From Deltaproteobacteria bacterium (GTDB lineage Bacteria; Myxococcota_A; UBA9160; SMWR01), in contig JAQBGU010000206.1 of NCBI GenBank assembly GCA_032128375.1, forward strand, positions 1-23,188: a stretch of DNA of 23,188 nt, given 5' to 3'. Below the pieces are notes generated by a model that made no database searches, had not been told where the DNA came from, and was given only the letters and a program-made list of their open reading frames with translations. This document shows, in pieces, positions 1 to 9,340 of this stretch (position 1 is its first letter; the number at the start of each line of letters is the position of its first letter). Position numbers and translations under genes: made by a program.

Positions 1-192
1 CCGGATCCCGATGTCGACGACTCGTTGCGCGTAACCGGGGCAGATCGCGAGCCCGTCAAGTCTCTTCGCGGCGTTCGCTATGGGGACGAGGAATTCGACC
101 AGAGCTACGACCTGAACAACGACGGTCGCATTGACCGCTCCGACGCCGACATCGTTGCCCGCTACTTGGGAGCGGCGATCCCGAATCCCTGA
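1..192 (+). CDS. 3' end of a gene with a C-terminal dockerin/EF-hand-like Ca-binding repeat (partial, starts before the window)
   Basis: Frame 1 translated by hand: PDPDVDDSLRVTGAD...YDLNNDGRIDRSDADIVARYLGAAIPNP, with TGA at 190-192. Contains a DxNxDGxIDxxD dockerin-type loop plus a degenerate first copy. Not in the ORF track. Confidence 0.75.
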   Translation, partial: PDPDVDDSLRVTGADREPVKSLRGVRYGDEEFDQSYDLNNDGRIDRSDADIVARYLGAAIPNP

Positions 193-2450
193 GCGGTCGG
201 CCGCGCGAAATTCAACCGGAACGTCGTTCCATTCGGGTCGGAGCGCTCCAGCCTGACGGTTCCTCCGAGTCGAGACATGATCTTCTTCACCGTCGCAAGC
301 CCCATTCCGGTACCGTCGCCGCGCGTTGTGAAGAAGAGCTCAAAGATGCGGCCTTGCACACTCGGTGCAATTCCGGCCCCGTTGTCGCAGACGCGAATCA
401 CTGTGGACTCATTCTCTACAGCAGCGGTGATCTGCAGCGCGCCACCCTCACGCATCGCTCGAAGCGAATTCGCCGACAGCTCGAGTAGAGCCTCTTCCAG
501 ATAATTCGGGTCGCTCTCCACCACTGTGGCGTCGCTGTCGATCTGCAACGAGATTTTCACTCCTTGACGTCCCGCCTGACCGGAAAGCGTGTTGCGCACA
601 GCTCCCAGAAGAACCGGCAGGTCCACCCGCTGAAACTCGATGTCGAACGGGCGCGAGAAATCCAGCAGCGAACGCACGCGCTGCTCGAGGCGATCTGATT
701 CTTCGAGCACGCCCGTCAATGTCTCTGCGACGGCAGTTCCCTCTGCCTGCTCCCGCGCAATCTGCGCCGCCGCTCGAATGCCCGACAGTGGATTGCGAAT
801 GCCGTGGGCAACGGCGCCCGCGAATTCGCCGATCACCGCCAGACGCTCTGTGCGCAGCAGGGTCTCCTGGGTTTCGCGCAGGACCTGGATCGAGCGCGCG
901 TTGCAAATCGCGAGCGCGGCCTGCGCCGCGATCCCGGCGACCAGTTCGCGCTCGGAGTTGCTGAAGGGCGATCCCGAGCGCTTGCGCCCGCAGGCCAGTA
1001 GCCCGAGCCTCTCGCCGCGAAACTGCACCGGCTCGATCAGAGAGGCACTCGGATGATCGGTATTCGGTGCTACGAGCTCCGCCCATTCGAGATCGAGTGC
1101 ATCGCGCAGCAGCTCACCCACATCGCGGGTGATCTCGTGCTCGTCCTGGACTAGCACGAGCTGCGCACCTACCTCTTCGAGCACCGCCCCAGGTTCGACG
1201 GACGAGCGGAAGAACACCCGATCGACTGCCTTCTGCACGCGCTGGCGCATCGGATCGAAAGATACCGCGATGCTCACCAGCAACAGGAAATTCGCGGCTG
1301 GGCCGCGCGCCACCCCCGGAGCGACGAGCCGGTCGAGGGCCATCAGCACCGCCGTGTAGACGAGCACGATCGCCGAGGAAGCCACGCTGTAGCCCACTGT
1401 GAGGCGGATGACGCGCTCGGCATGCAGCAGATCGTGGCGCATCACCGCATAAAAGATCGAGATCGGAAACAGGAACAGCAGTGCCGTCGCCCAGGTCAGC
1501 GAGAAATTCCAGCCAAGCATCGAGAACGCAAAAATCGCGATCGCTGGGAACAGGAAGGCAGCCAGCGCTCCAGCGAAGACGACACCCGCTTGCAGACGCT
1601 CCTCCGGAGACTTTGCGCGCAACAACGCGTGCGAGAATCCGGCGAGCAGTGCGATTCCCGAAGCAGCCGTCAGGCCGTTGGCCAGACGCCATGCCTGCCG
1701 TGCCGTGTCGGGATGATCGTAAAAAAAGAACGCGTTGACGGCTCCGACCGACATCGCCGCGAGAAACACCCCAGGCACGAGCCAACGGCGCGTCGTCACA
1801 TGAACGCGCTCGACAGGGAACACGAAGAGCAGCGCGACGGCGGCCGCGGGCATGGCGGCCTCCACCAACTGGCAAAGTACGACGAACCGATAAGTTGCGA
1901 GGAAATCGATCGCCAGGGTCAAAAGCAGCCCCAGATTGATGATGGCCAGCGCGAGTGCGCGCGCGGGTGGATGGTCGGGTCGCAGAGCCAGTGCGATCAC
2001 CCCGATGCTGAAACAGAACGCTGCGTTGAACAGATAGTTGCCAAATGTCTGCAGGTACTCGTCTCGCGAGAGTCGCATCGTCGGGACTTCGACTTCGCGC
2101 ACGATTCCTCCGCGCAGGATCCCATAAGAGATCGGCTCCCCTGGCGGCCTGGAGGCCGCGGTCTCTAGTAGATCGCGACCACCCGAAAATGCACGTCCAT
2201 CGACCGAAATCACGCGTCCCCCGTTGAGGGGCAAACCGGCCCGCGCTCCAGTCCACGACTCGGTGTGAAACGCTACGAGTGTTCCGTTGTCCCAGACCAA
2301 GAATCCCGGAAACGCGTCTCCCACCAGCCTGAAACTGTCGCGCACGACCAAGCCGAGAAGTGCGGCGAGTATCAGGCCCAGTAGCGTCACGACGCCAACC
2401 CGACTCCACTGTCGAATCCAGCTCAGTTGGGTCAATCGCTCGGGCGCCAT
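162..2450 (-). CDS. Membrane sensor histidine kinase (N-terminal PDZ-like domain, multiple TM helices, GAF-like domain, HisKA, HATPase; NtrB-like)
   Basis: H-box AVAHGIRNPLSGI, N-box LLELSANSLRAM, DNGAGI, FELFFTT, GTGMGLA. PDZ-like GARAGLPLNGGRVISVDGR...GEPISYGILRGG. GAF-like FRGERLGLLACGRKRSGSPFSNSERELV...QAALAI. About 8-9 hydrophobic segments. Confidence 0.92.
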   Translation of the reverse strand: MAPERLTQLSWIRQWSRVGVVTLLGLILAALLGLVVRDSFRLVGDAFPGFLVWDNGTLVAFHTESWTGARAGLPLNGGRVISVDGRAFSGGRDLLETAASRPPGEPISYGILRGGIVREVEVPTMRLSRDEYLQTFGNYLFNAAFCFSIGVIALALRPDHPPARALALAIINLGLLLTLAIDFLATYRFVVLCQLVEAAMPAAAVALLFVFPVERVHVTTRRWLVPGVFLAAMSVGAVNAFFFYDHPDTARQAWRLANGLTAASGIALLAGFSHALLRAKSPEERLQAGVVFAGALAAFLFPAIAIFAFSMLGWNFSLTWATALLFLFPISIFYAVMRHDLLHAERVIRLTVGYSVASSAIVLVYTAVLMALDRLVAPGVARGPAANFLLLVSIAVSFDPMRQRVQKAVDRVFFRSSVEPGAVLEEVGAQLVLVQDEHEITRDVGELLRDALDLEWAELVAPNTDHPSASLIEPVQFRGERLGLLACGRKRSGSPFSNSERELVAGIAAQAALAICNARSIQVLRETQETLLRTERLAVIGEFAGAVAHGIRNPLSGIRAAAQIAREQAEGTAVAETLTGVLEESDRLEQRVRSLLDFSRPFDIEFQRVDLPVLLGAVRNTLSGQAGRQGVKISLQIDSDATVVESDPNYLEEALLELSANSLRAMREGGALQITAAVENESTVIRVCDNGAGIAPSVQGRIFELFFTTRGDGTGMGLATVKKIMSRLGGTVRLERSDPNGTTFRLNFARPTAQGFGIAAPK

Positions 2451-2483
2451 CGATGAAATCTACACGATCGTCCTACACTGCGA

Positions 2484-4088
2484 GTGGTGGACAGTTCCAG
2501 CACACAAAGATTGGGGCTGAACTCAGGGTTCCTCGCTGCCGCCGCTTCAGGCGTGATGTATGCACTCGCTCAGCCAAACTGGGGCATCTGGCCGCTCGCG
2601 GGGCTGTGCATGGTCCCGCTGTTTCACGCCATGGCCGGCGCCAGTATGCGACGCCGGATGCTGCTGGCCTATGTCGCGGGGACCATTGCCACCACGTTCG
2701 CAACCGCGGTTTCGGGAGCCGTGGGAGCGGTCGCCTACTTCGGGATGCCGCTGTGGGCCGGTGTGCTCTGCGCCATTGCAATCGGCCAGCTCTTCGGCGC
2801 GGGATCGTTTGTTGCGTTCGCGCTGCTGGCTGGGGATCCTTCTCAATACAACCCCGCACTCGCTTCGTTGCGAATCGGCGCTGCGTGGGCAGCGGCCGAA
2901 TTCGTGCGCTCGCTGCTCTTCACAGGCCTCCCCTGGTTGCTATTCGGCTACGCACTCGTGCCGGTTCCCGACCTCGCCCAGTCTGCCGCGTTCGGCGGTG
3001 TTTTTCTGGTGTCACTGTGGCTGGCTGCATTCAATGCAGCCTTGTCGCTGGCGCTGCGGCGGCACGGAACTGTTCCGGCGCTCGCAACCGCGTTAGGCAT
3101 CGCGGTCTGTGTAGCGGCGCTCAATTTCGCCTCCGCGCGCGGCAGCTCACTTGTGGCCCCCGGCGTCCTCGCTCCCGGAGCGGTCCGCATGGCCGAAGCA
3201 GGGAATCCACGCGACCCTGCCGCAATGCAGATCGTGGCTGTACAAGCTTCCGTTCCGGACCCATGGCGCCAGAGTTCCCCCGGAACAGTACGCGCGATGG
3301 CGCAGCTGGTGAGGCTGAGCGGCTCATCGTCGGAAATTGATCTCGTGCTCTGGCCGGAAAACGCTGTCAGCGCGCTATTGCCTCTCAACGAGAGGCTGTT
3401 GCGAACGGCGCTGACACCACTCGCGGGGTCGGTTCGGCACTTGATCGTCGGTGCTCCGCGCGCCGACCTCGAGGTGCCAGGGCGCATGTTCACGTCCGCG
3501 TTCTTGATCGGCCCGGACCGAAAAATTGTCTCACACCACGACAAGGTGCATCGGCTTCCCTTCGCCGAGTACGCACCCTGGCCATTTTCGATGCTGGGGC
3601 TCAGCGGACCGAAAACGGGCGCCGGCAGCGACCCGACCGTGCTCGCGGTAGGCGAGATCGGCGTCGGACCGCTGATTTGCTACGAGGTTCTCTTTCCGGA
3701 ACTGGCCCGAGAGCTCGTCCGAGACGGCGCACAGATCCTGGTGAACCTCTCCAACGATGCCTGGTTCGGAACGACTGGCGCGGTAGCGCAGCACCTGGCC
3801 GGTGCGGTGTTCCGGGCCATCGAAACGCGTCGCCCGATGCTGCGTTCGACCCATACAGGAATCACGGTTGCGATCGACGCGCGCGGTCGCATCGTCGGTC
3901 GACTGCCGATGCATACGCTTGGTGCGCTCGAGGTGGAGGTGATCCCAAACGCGGAGCTGACGCCGTACGTGAGGATGGGAGATGCAGTCGCTTGGGGTGT
4001 TTTGGTAGCCACAGGGGCGATATCGATTGGCGAAGTGATCTCGCGACGACGACGCTCCGTGCCCCGGATCCACCAAGAGAAATCCTGA
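2484..4088 (+). CDS. lnt: Apolipoprotein N-acyltransferase family protein (nitrilase fold)
   Basis: E-K-C triad motifs LWPENA, HDKVHRLPFAEY and LICYE, plus FTGLPW, NLSNDAWFG and FRAIETRRPMLRS. Multi-TM N-terminus. The GTG start is uncertain. Confidence 0.92.
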   Translation: MVDSSSTQRLGLNSGFLAAAASGVMYALAQPNWGIWPLAGLCMVPLFHAMAGASMRRRMLLAYVAGTIATTFATAVSGAVGAVAYFGMPLWAGVLCAIAIGQLFGAGSFVAFALLAGDPSQYNPALASLRIGAAWAAAEFVRSLLFTGLPWLLFGYALVPVPDLAQSAAFGGVFLVSLWLAAFNAALSLALRRHGTVPALATALGIAVCVAALNFASARGSSLVAPGVLAPGAVRMAEAGNPRDPAAMQIVAVQASVPDPWRQSSPGTVRAMAQLVRLSGSSSEIDLVLWPENAVSALLPLNERLLRTALTPLAGSVRHLIVGAPRADLEVPGRMFTSAFLIGPDRKIVSHHDKVHRLPFAEYAPWPFSMLGLSGPKTGAGSDPTVLAVGEIGVGPLICYEVLFPELARELVRDGAQILVNLSNDAWFGTTGAVAQHLAGAVFRAIETRRPMLRSTHTGITVAIDARGRIVGRLPMHTLGALEVEVIPNAELTPYVRMGDAVAWGVLVATGAISIGEVISRRRRSVPRIHQEKS

Positions 4089-4134
4089 TCAACGCGGGAA
4101 GGTTCAATATTCCCGGATACTTACAGAGTTGATC
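4087..4134. other. Imperfect nested inverted repeat immediately after the lnt stop
   Basis: GATCAAC (4087-4093)/GTTGATC (4128-4134) enclose CGGGAA (4095-4100)/TTCCCG (4110-4115). No U-tract, so it could be an RNA hairpin or an activator site. Confidence 0.35.
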
Positions 4135-4259
4135 CAGCGCCCTACTCGCATTTCGAGGCAAGTCGGGCCAGATCCCCCTCCGGATAGGTCAAATCACGCG
4201 TTGCCTCCCGGAATTTCAACCGGTTCGATGTCGAGAGACCTGTATTGCCAGTTCCGTGC

Positions 4260-4275
4260 CGGCACGCGCCTTGCA
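4260..4275 (+). promoter_or_regulatory. Sigma54 (RpoN) -24/-12 promoter
   Basis: CGGCACGCGCCTTGCA versus consensus TGGCACG-N4-TTGCW, with exact GG-N10-GC spacing. Intergenic, about 110 bp upstream of a PEP-CTERM gene. Confidence 0.85.
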
Positions 4276-4385
4276 ATTACCTCGCTTTCGACGCGAGGGC
4301 GTGGATGACGCGGACGTCGCGTGGTGACGACAGCATCCCTCAAGAATGGGCTAGCTCGAGCCTGGCTCAGAAGAAGGGGGTGCAC

Positions 4386-5612
4386 ATGTTTGATCCGCAC
4401 ACGGGCAAACGTCCGGTGACCGACCCTTGGGGATTCATTCCATGGGCCAAACATTCCGCGAGGAGACTGAAATTGCACGAGCTGTTGATTGTTGTTGTTG
4501 CGCTGCTCTATTCGCTGCCGGCACATGCGCTCAAACCCGGGGATATCATGGTGACCGACAACGAGAGCAACCATGTCGTTCGGGTGGACCCCGACACGGG
4601 TCTTCAGACCGAGTTCGCCGACCGCGGCGACGTCGCGCTGTGCAGCGTCCTGCTTTCCTCTTTTTCTCCGCAGGGCGTCGCGGTCGACTCCTCCATGCGC
4701 GTCTACGCGGTCAATGTGGCCGACGTGCCGTTGCCCGTCCCGCCGGAAGTTCCCTTGCCCGCCCCATCGGAGGTGATTCGCTTCAACCTGGATGGGAGTT
4801 GTGACTCCGTCGCCAGCGGTATCGACCTCGCAGATTCCGACGGCGTGGCGATCGAACGGGCGGGAACGCTGTTGGTTACGACCTCTCGCTGTGTCAGCTG
4901 TGCTGCCAGTTCGCCGCCGGCGCTGATTCGCGTGAACCCCAATACAGGCGATCAGGTCGTGCTCTCGTTTGGCCGGTTCTTTACCGACCCTGAGCAGATC
5001 GCGGTCGATCCGGTCGACGGTTCCATCTACGTCTCAGACGACGGCAATTTCACAACGATCCCGGCCTCGATCGTGCGGGTCAATCCGGTGAGCGGAGTAC
5101 AGACCCGGGTCTCCGCCGGTGGCTTCTTTTTCAACCTGAGTGGGCTCGTCGTCGAAACACCCGGGCTGCTATTAGCGACCGAACGGGGGGACAAGCTCGC
5201 TGGCGGACTTTCCCATCAGACCAAGGTGATTCGGATCAATCTCGGGATCCCGTTTCCTGGGTTCAACCAGTCGCGGGTCGACAGTCCCTTTGCATTCCCG
5301 GTGACCCCTCGCCCCGAGTACGACGGAATTGCGGTTGACGAAAATGGCGAATTAATTCTCGGTCTTCAGTTCGATAATCTCGGCGCAAGCATTGGCGCAG
5401 TGACGCAAATGCAGCCAATCACGGGTCTACAAAGCGTGATCACGATTAGCACCGGCCCCCCCCTAGGTGTGCTGGAAGGGGTCGACGGAGTGGCGATCGT
5501 ACCCGAACCCGGAGCTGGACTGACGCAGCTCGCGGTGCTCGCAGTTCTCGCCACGCTCGCTCGACGAGCTTCCCAGAAGCCTGCCAGCGGTCGGACCAGA
5601 CACCGCTGCTAG
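4386..5612 (+). CDS. Secreted NHL/SMP-30-like beta-propeller protein with a PEP-CTERM sorting signal
   Basis: ATG at 4386 follows AGAAGGGGG. Signal peptide LLIVVVALLYSLPAHA. Repeated blades VVRVDPDTGLQT, LIRVNPNTGDQV, IVRVNPVSGVQT, VTQMQPITGLQS with (P)xGVAVD motifs. C-terminus VPEP, hydrophobic helix, then RR..K. Confidence 0.85.
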   Translation: MFDPHTGKRPVTDPWGFIPWAKHSARRLKLHELLIVVVALLYSLPAHALKPGDIMVTDNESNHVVRVDPDTGLQTEFADRGDVALCSVLLSSFSPQGVAVDSSMRVYAVNVADVPLPVPPEVPLPAPSEVIRFNLDGSCDSVASGIDLADSDGVAIERAGTLLVTTSRCVSCAASSPPALIRVNPNTGDQVVLSFGRFFTDPEQIAVDPVDGSIYVSDDGNFTTIPASIVRVNPVSGVQTRVSAGGFFFNLSGLVVETPGLLLATERGDKLAGGLSHQTKVIRINLGIPFPGFNQSRVDSPFAFPVTPRPEYDGIAVDENGELILGLQFDNLGASIGAVTQMQPITGLQSVITISTGPPLGVLEGVDGVAIVPEPGAGLTQLAVLAVLATLARRASQKPASGRTRHRC

Positions 5613-7231
5613 GCGCCGAGCCCAGGCGCTTCGTGCCCTGAAGCGACGACGTATTCGGCGTAGCCGCCTGCGTAGGTTCGCAGACCCTCGGGAGTCAACT
5701 CCAGCACGTGGTCGGACAGCGCGCGCAGGAAGTGGCGGTCATGAGAAACCATCAGCATCGTGCCCGCGTAGCTGCGCAAGGCTTTCACGAGCATGGCCTT
5801 GGTGTCCATGTCCAGATGGTTGGTGGGTTCGTCGAGTACCAGGAAGTTCGGCGGGTCGTAGAGCATCTTGGCGAGTACCAAGCGTGCCTTCTCGCCTCCC
5901 GAGAGTATCTGGCAGCGCTTTTCCACGTCGTCGCCGGGAAAGCCGAACGCAGCGGCCAGCGTTTTGAGAGAGCCCACCCCCGCCACTGGAAACGCATCCT
6001 GTAGCGTGTCGAACACCGTGCGCTCCGCGTTCAGCAGCTCCATCGAATGCTGAGCGAAGTAGCCGAGCTTCACGCCGGCGCCCAGCTCGGCGCTACCCGC
6101 ATCCGGTTCGATCGCGCCGGCAACGAGCTTCAGTAGAGTGGACTTGCCAGCCCCGTTGATTCCCATCACGCACCAACGTTCTTTGCGCCGGACCAACAGG
6201 TCCAGGTCCTGGTAGATCGTGAGGTCTCCGTAGCGCTTGGTGACAGCTTTGAGCTTGGCCACATCGTCGCCCGAGCGCGGGGCCTCCCGGAACTCGAAGT
6301 CAATCACCTGTCGGCGTTTCGGCGGTTGGATGGTGTCGATCTTGTCGAGCTTCTTTACCCGCGACTGGACTTGGGCCGCATGGCTGGCGCGCGCCTTGAA
6401 GCGCGCGATGAAGGCCTTTTCTTTGGCGAGCATCGCCTGTTGACGCGCGTATCGCGCCTCTTGTTGTGTTTCGGCCATCGCGCGTTGTTGCTCGTAGAAG
6501 TCGTAGTTGCCGGAATAGCTGACCACGTTTCCGGCATCGATCTCTACGATCTTGGTCACGAGCCGGTTGAGAAACTCCCGGTCATGGGACGTGATGATCA
6601 AGGCACCCTGAAAGTTGCGCAGAAACTGCTCGAGCCAGATGATCGACTCGATATCCAAATGGTTGGTGGGTTCGTCGAGCAGCAGCCCATCCGGCCGCAT
6701 CAGCAGCATGCGCGCCAGCGCCACACGCATCTTCCATCCTCCCGACAGCTTACCTACATCATCGTCGACCACGGCTTCGCGAAATCCCAACCCTGCGAGC
6801 ACTTCGCGCGCGCGGGCTTCGAGCGCGTAGCCATCGAGCTCATCGAAGCGCGACTGCACCTCGCCGAAGCGCACGAGCAACCTGTCCATTTCGTCCGCAC
6901 GATCGGGGTCTGCCATCGCGAGCTCGAGCAGCTCGAGCTCGGAGCCCGCTTGTGACACCTCCCCTGCGCCCGACATGCTGGCTTCGAGCACGCTCTCGCC
7001 ACCCATTTCGCCGAGATCTTGACTGAAATAACCGAGCGTGGCGTTGCGCTCCACGTTCAGTTGTCCGGCATCAGCGTGCTCTTGGCCCATGATCATTCGA
7101 AAAATGGTCGACTTCCCGCAACCGTTGGGGCCTACCAGACCGACCCGCTCGCCTCGAAACGCCGTCAGAGACGCCTCGAGAAAGAGGATCTGGGAGCCGT
7201 GGGCTTTCGAGACGGAATTGAGCTGGATCAC
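5609..7231 (-). CDS. ABC-F family ATP-binding protein
   Basis: Two ABC domains (GPNGCGKST/LSGGW/LLLDEPTNHLD and GINGAGKST/LSGGEK/LVLDEPTNHLD), SHDR motifs, YSGNY linker, no TM segments. Confidence 0.96.
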   Translation of the reverse strand: MIQLNSVSKAHGSQILFLEASLTAFRGERVGLVGPNGCGKSTIFRMIMGQEHADAGQLNVERNATLGYFSQDLGEMGGESVLEASMSGAGEVSQAGSELELLELAMADPDRADEMDRLLVRFGEVQSRFDELDGYALEARAREVLAGLGFREAVVDDDVGKLSGGWKMRVALARMLLMRPDGLLLDEPTNHLDIESIIWLEQFLRNFQGALIITSHDREFLNRLVTKIVEIDAGNVVSYSGNYDFYEQQRAMAETQQEARYARQQAMLAKEKAFIARFKARASHAAQVQSRVKKLDKIDTIQPPKRRQVIDFEFREAPRSGDDVAKLKAVTKRYGDLTIYQDLDLLVRRKERWCVMGINGAGKSTLLKLVAGAIEPDAGSAELGAGVKLGYFAQHSMELLNAERTVFDTLQDAFPVAGVGSLKTLAAAFGFPGDDVEKRCQILSGGEKARLVLAKMLYDPPNFLVLDEPTNHLDMDTKAMLVKALRSYAGTMLMVSHDRHFLRALSDHVLELTPEGLRTYAGGYAEYVVASGHEAPGLGA

Positions 7232-7276
7232 GGGCCGTTGCTTAGCACCAACGGCCGAACGCGCACAGAAGCCAGC

Positions 7277-8293
7277 TCAACCCAGCGGATAGCGGATCTC
7301 CGTCGATACTGCGTCGCACTTCACCAGCGCGTCGAAGGGCAGTGTCACATCGGCGGCAGCGAGCGTCTCGTCTAGTTGATCGGGATGCGTCGCGCCGATG
7401 ATCGTTGCGCCGACGAAATCTCGGGTCAGCGTCCAAGCGGTTGCGAACGTGACGATCGGCAGGTCGCACTCCTGTGCGATCTTCCGGAAGCGCTCCGTGG
7501 ATTCGAGCGAACGCTCGTTGATGAAGCGCTTCGTCATCGCCTCGCCGCGCGCGGGGTCCGCTTTGTACAGCGTGAAGCGTGCACCCTTTGGCCAGGCGCC
7601 TCCGTCGTATTTGCCCGAGAGCACACCCGCGGCAATCGGGCTGTACGGAAGCAGGCTGACTTTCTCGTCCCGACAAACCTGCGCCAATTCATCTTCGAAG
7701 CGGCGGTTCAACAGGCTGAAGTTGTTCTGAATCGTCTCGTATCGCACGGTCGCGTCACGGTCTGACATCCACAGGCTCTTGACCAGGCCGTAAGCCGATT
7801 GGTTGCTGCAGCCGACGTATCGCACCTTGCCCGCCTGAACTACACGATCGAGTGCCTCGAGCGTCTCGTCGATCGGAAAGCCGGGGTCCGGCCAGTGAGT
7901 CTGATACAGGTCGATGTAGTCGGTACCCAGTCTGCGCAGGCTGTCTTCGACCGCGCGCTCGATGTTGTGGCGATCGAGGCTGCCCATCCCCGCGCGAATC
8001 GGCCCCAGAAACCAGCCACCGGTCGGTCCGGCGATCTTGGTCGCCACCACCACGCTGTCACGCGGTTTGTCTTTCAACCACGTCCCGCAGATTTCCTCAC
8101 TGCGCCCAGCGTATTTCTGGTTGGGTGGCACCGGGTAGATCTCCGCGATGTCGAGGAAATTGACACCGGCCGTATAGGCCTTGTCGAGGATCGCGAGGCT
8201 GGTCGTTTCGTCCGCCATGCTTCCGAACGTCATGGTCCCCATGCAGATTTCGGAAACGCTGAGTCCGGTCTTTCCAAGTCGTCGCTGCTTCAC
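7277..8293 (-). CDS. Aldo/keto reductase (Tas-like)
   Basis: Start reassigned to GTG 8293 (GAGG upstream): MKQRRLGKTGLSVSEICMGTMTFG, FLDIAEIY, VATK, SLRRLGTDYIDLYQTHWPD, LLPYSPIAAGVLSGKY. Confidence 0.94.
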   Translation of the reverse strand: MKQRRLGKTGLSVSEICMGTMTFGSMADETTSLAILDKAYTAGVNFLDIAEIYPVPPNQKYAGRSEEICGTWLKDKPRDSVVVATKIAGPTGGWFLGPIRAGMGSLDRHNIERAVEDSLRRLGTDYIDLYQTHWPDPGFPIDETLEALDRVVQAGKVRYVGCSNQSAYGLVKSLWMSDRDATVRYETIQNNFSLLNRRFEDELAQVCRDEKVSLLPYSPIAAGVLSGKYDGGAWPKGARFTLYKADPARGEAMTKRFINERSLESTERFRKIAQECDLPIVTFATAWTLTRDFVGATIIGATHPDQLDETLAAADVTLPFDALVKCDAVSTEIRYPLG

Positions 8294-8509
8294 GCTCAGG
8301 CCTCTGATTTGGGTTTTGGGTCGCCGGCACGGGTGCCCGGCGAGAACTTGGTCAATTTCCAGAGATCCTACCGCAATCAGCGCCCCAGATACGCGCCGTG
8401 CGCCGCTATGCTGGCCACAACCCCCTGTTCGGTCGCCAAGGCCGCAGCCTCGAACGTCGTCGCCGGGGATGGGCGCAAGCGAAACCCGACCCGCCAAAAA
8501 GGACCCCCG

Positions 8510-9184
8510 ATGCCCGAAATCGGACTCTACGAAGCGATGAGCACACTGCGCGCCGTTCGGCGGCTGAGGCCCGATCCGATCCCGGATGACGTGTTGTTTC
8601 GCGTACTGCGCGCCGCAACCTGGGCGCCTTCCGGGGGAAATCAACAACCGTGGCGGGTAATCACTGTTCGCGACGCCGAGAAGCGTCGCCGCCTCCAGGA
8701 GCTCTACATCGGCCCATGGAAGGAATACTCGGCCGCCCACGGTTCAGCGGCTGACGGCGCCCGACCCGACGTCGCGGCAAAAGTCGGACGCATGCTCGCG
8801 GCTGCGGACCATCTGGCCGACCACTACCACGAGGCGCCGGTCATCTTGGTGTTCTGTTTCGATCCGCGACAAATGGCGATCACCGACATTGCGCTCGATC
8901 GCCCCACGGTCGTCGGTGGCGGCTCAGTGTACCCGGCGGTGCAGAACACGCTACTCGCGTGTCGCGCGGAGGGTCTCGGGTGTACGCTCACGACACTTTT
9001 GTGTCTCCGCGAAGCGGAAGTCGCGAAGCTTCTCGAAATCCCGGACGGCTGGGGGACTTGCGCGTACATCCCGATCGGCTGGCCGGCCAGCAAAGGGCAC
9101 GGCCCGATCTCGCGCCGTCCGATCGAGAAGATGGTCTTCGCAGACACCTTTGGCGAGCCCATTCGACTCGAGGTCGCGCAGTAG
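8510..9184 (+). CDS. Nitroreductase family protein
   Basis: Start reassigned to ATG 8510 (AAGGA upstream): LYEAMSTLRAVRR, WAPSGGNQQPWR, AVQNTLLACRAEGLG, IPIGWP. Confidence 0.93.
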   Translation: MPEIGLYEAMSTLRAVRRLRPDPIPDDVLFRVLRAATWAPSGGNQQPWRVITVRDAEKRRRLQELYIGPWKEYSAAHGSAADGARPDVAAKVGRMLAAADHLADHYHEAPVILVFCFDPRQMAITDIALDRPTVVGGGSVYPAVQNTLLACRAEGLGCTLTTLLCLREAEVAKLLEIPDGWGTCAYIPIGWPASKGHGPISRRPIEKMVFADTFGEPIRLEVAQ

Positions 9185-9340
9185 CTGAGGCGCCGGCCGA
9201 CATTTCTGGCAAATGTTGCGTCGAGCACAGCGAACGCGATCGCGACAGAATTCAATGAGCAGTAGATTCAGGGCGGATCAGAGTTCAGTGCATGCGGCTC
9301 CGGGCTTGCTTCGGAAACGCCCATCGAGGAAGTCGACATC

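Noticed and set aside
8455..8505. GGGCGCAAGCGAAACCC resembling part of a c-di-GMP riboswitch
   Set aside because: The required P1/P2 architecture and conserved flanking motifs are not present.
7799..8740. Apparent long overlap of the aldo/keto reductase and nitroreductase ORFs
   Set aside because: Artefact of longest-ORF calling. Starts at 8293 and 8510 give an ordinary divergent pair.
9198..9216. TGGCAAATGTTGC as a sigma54 site upstream of the cyclase
   Set aside because: The GG-to-GC spacing is 8, not the required 10.
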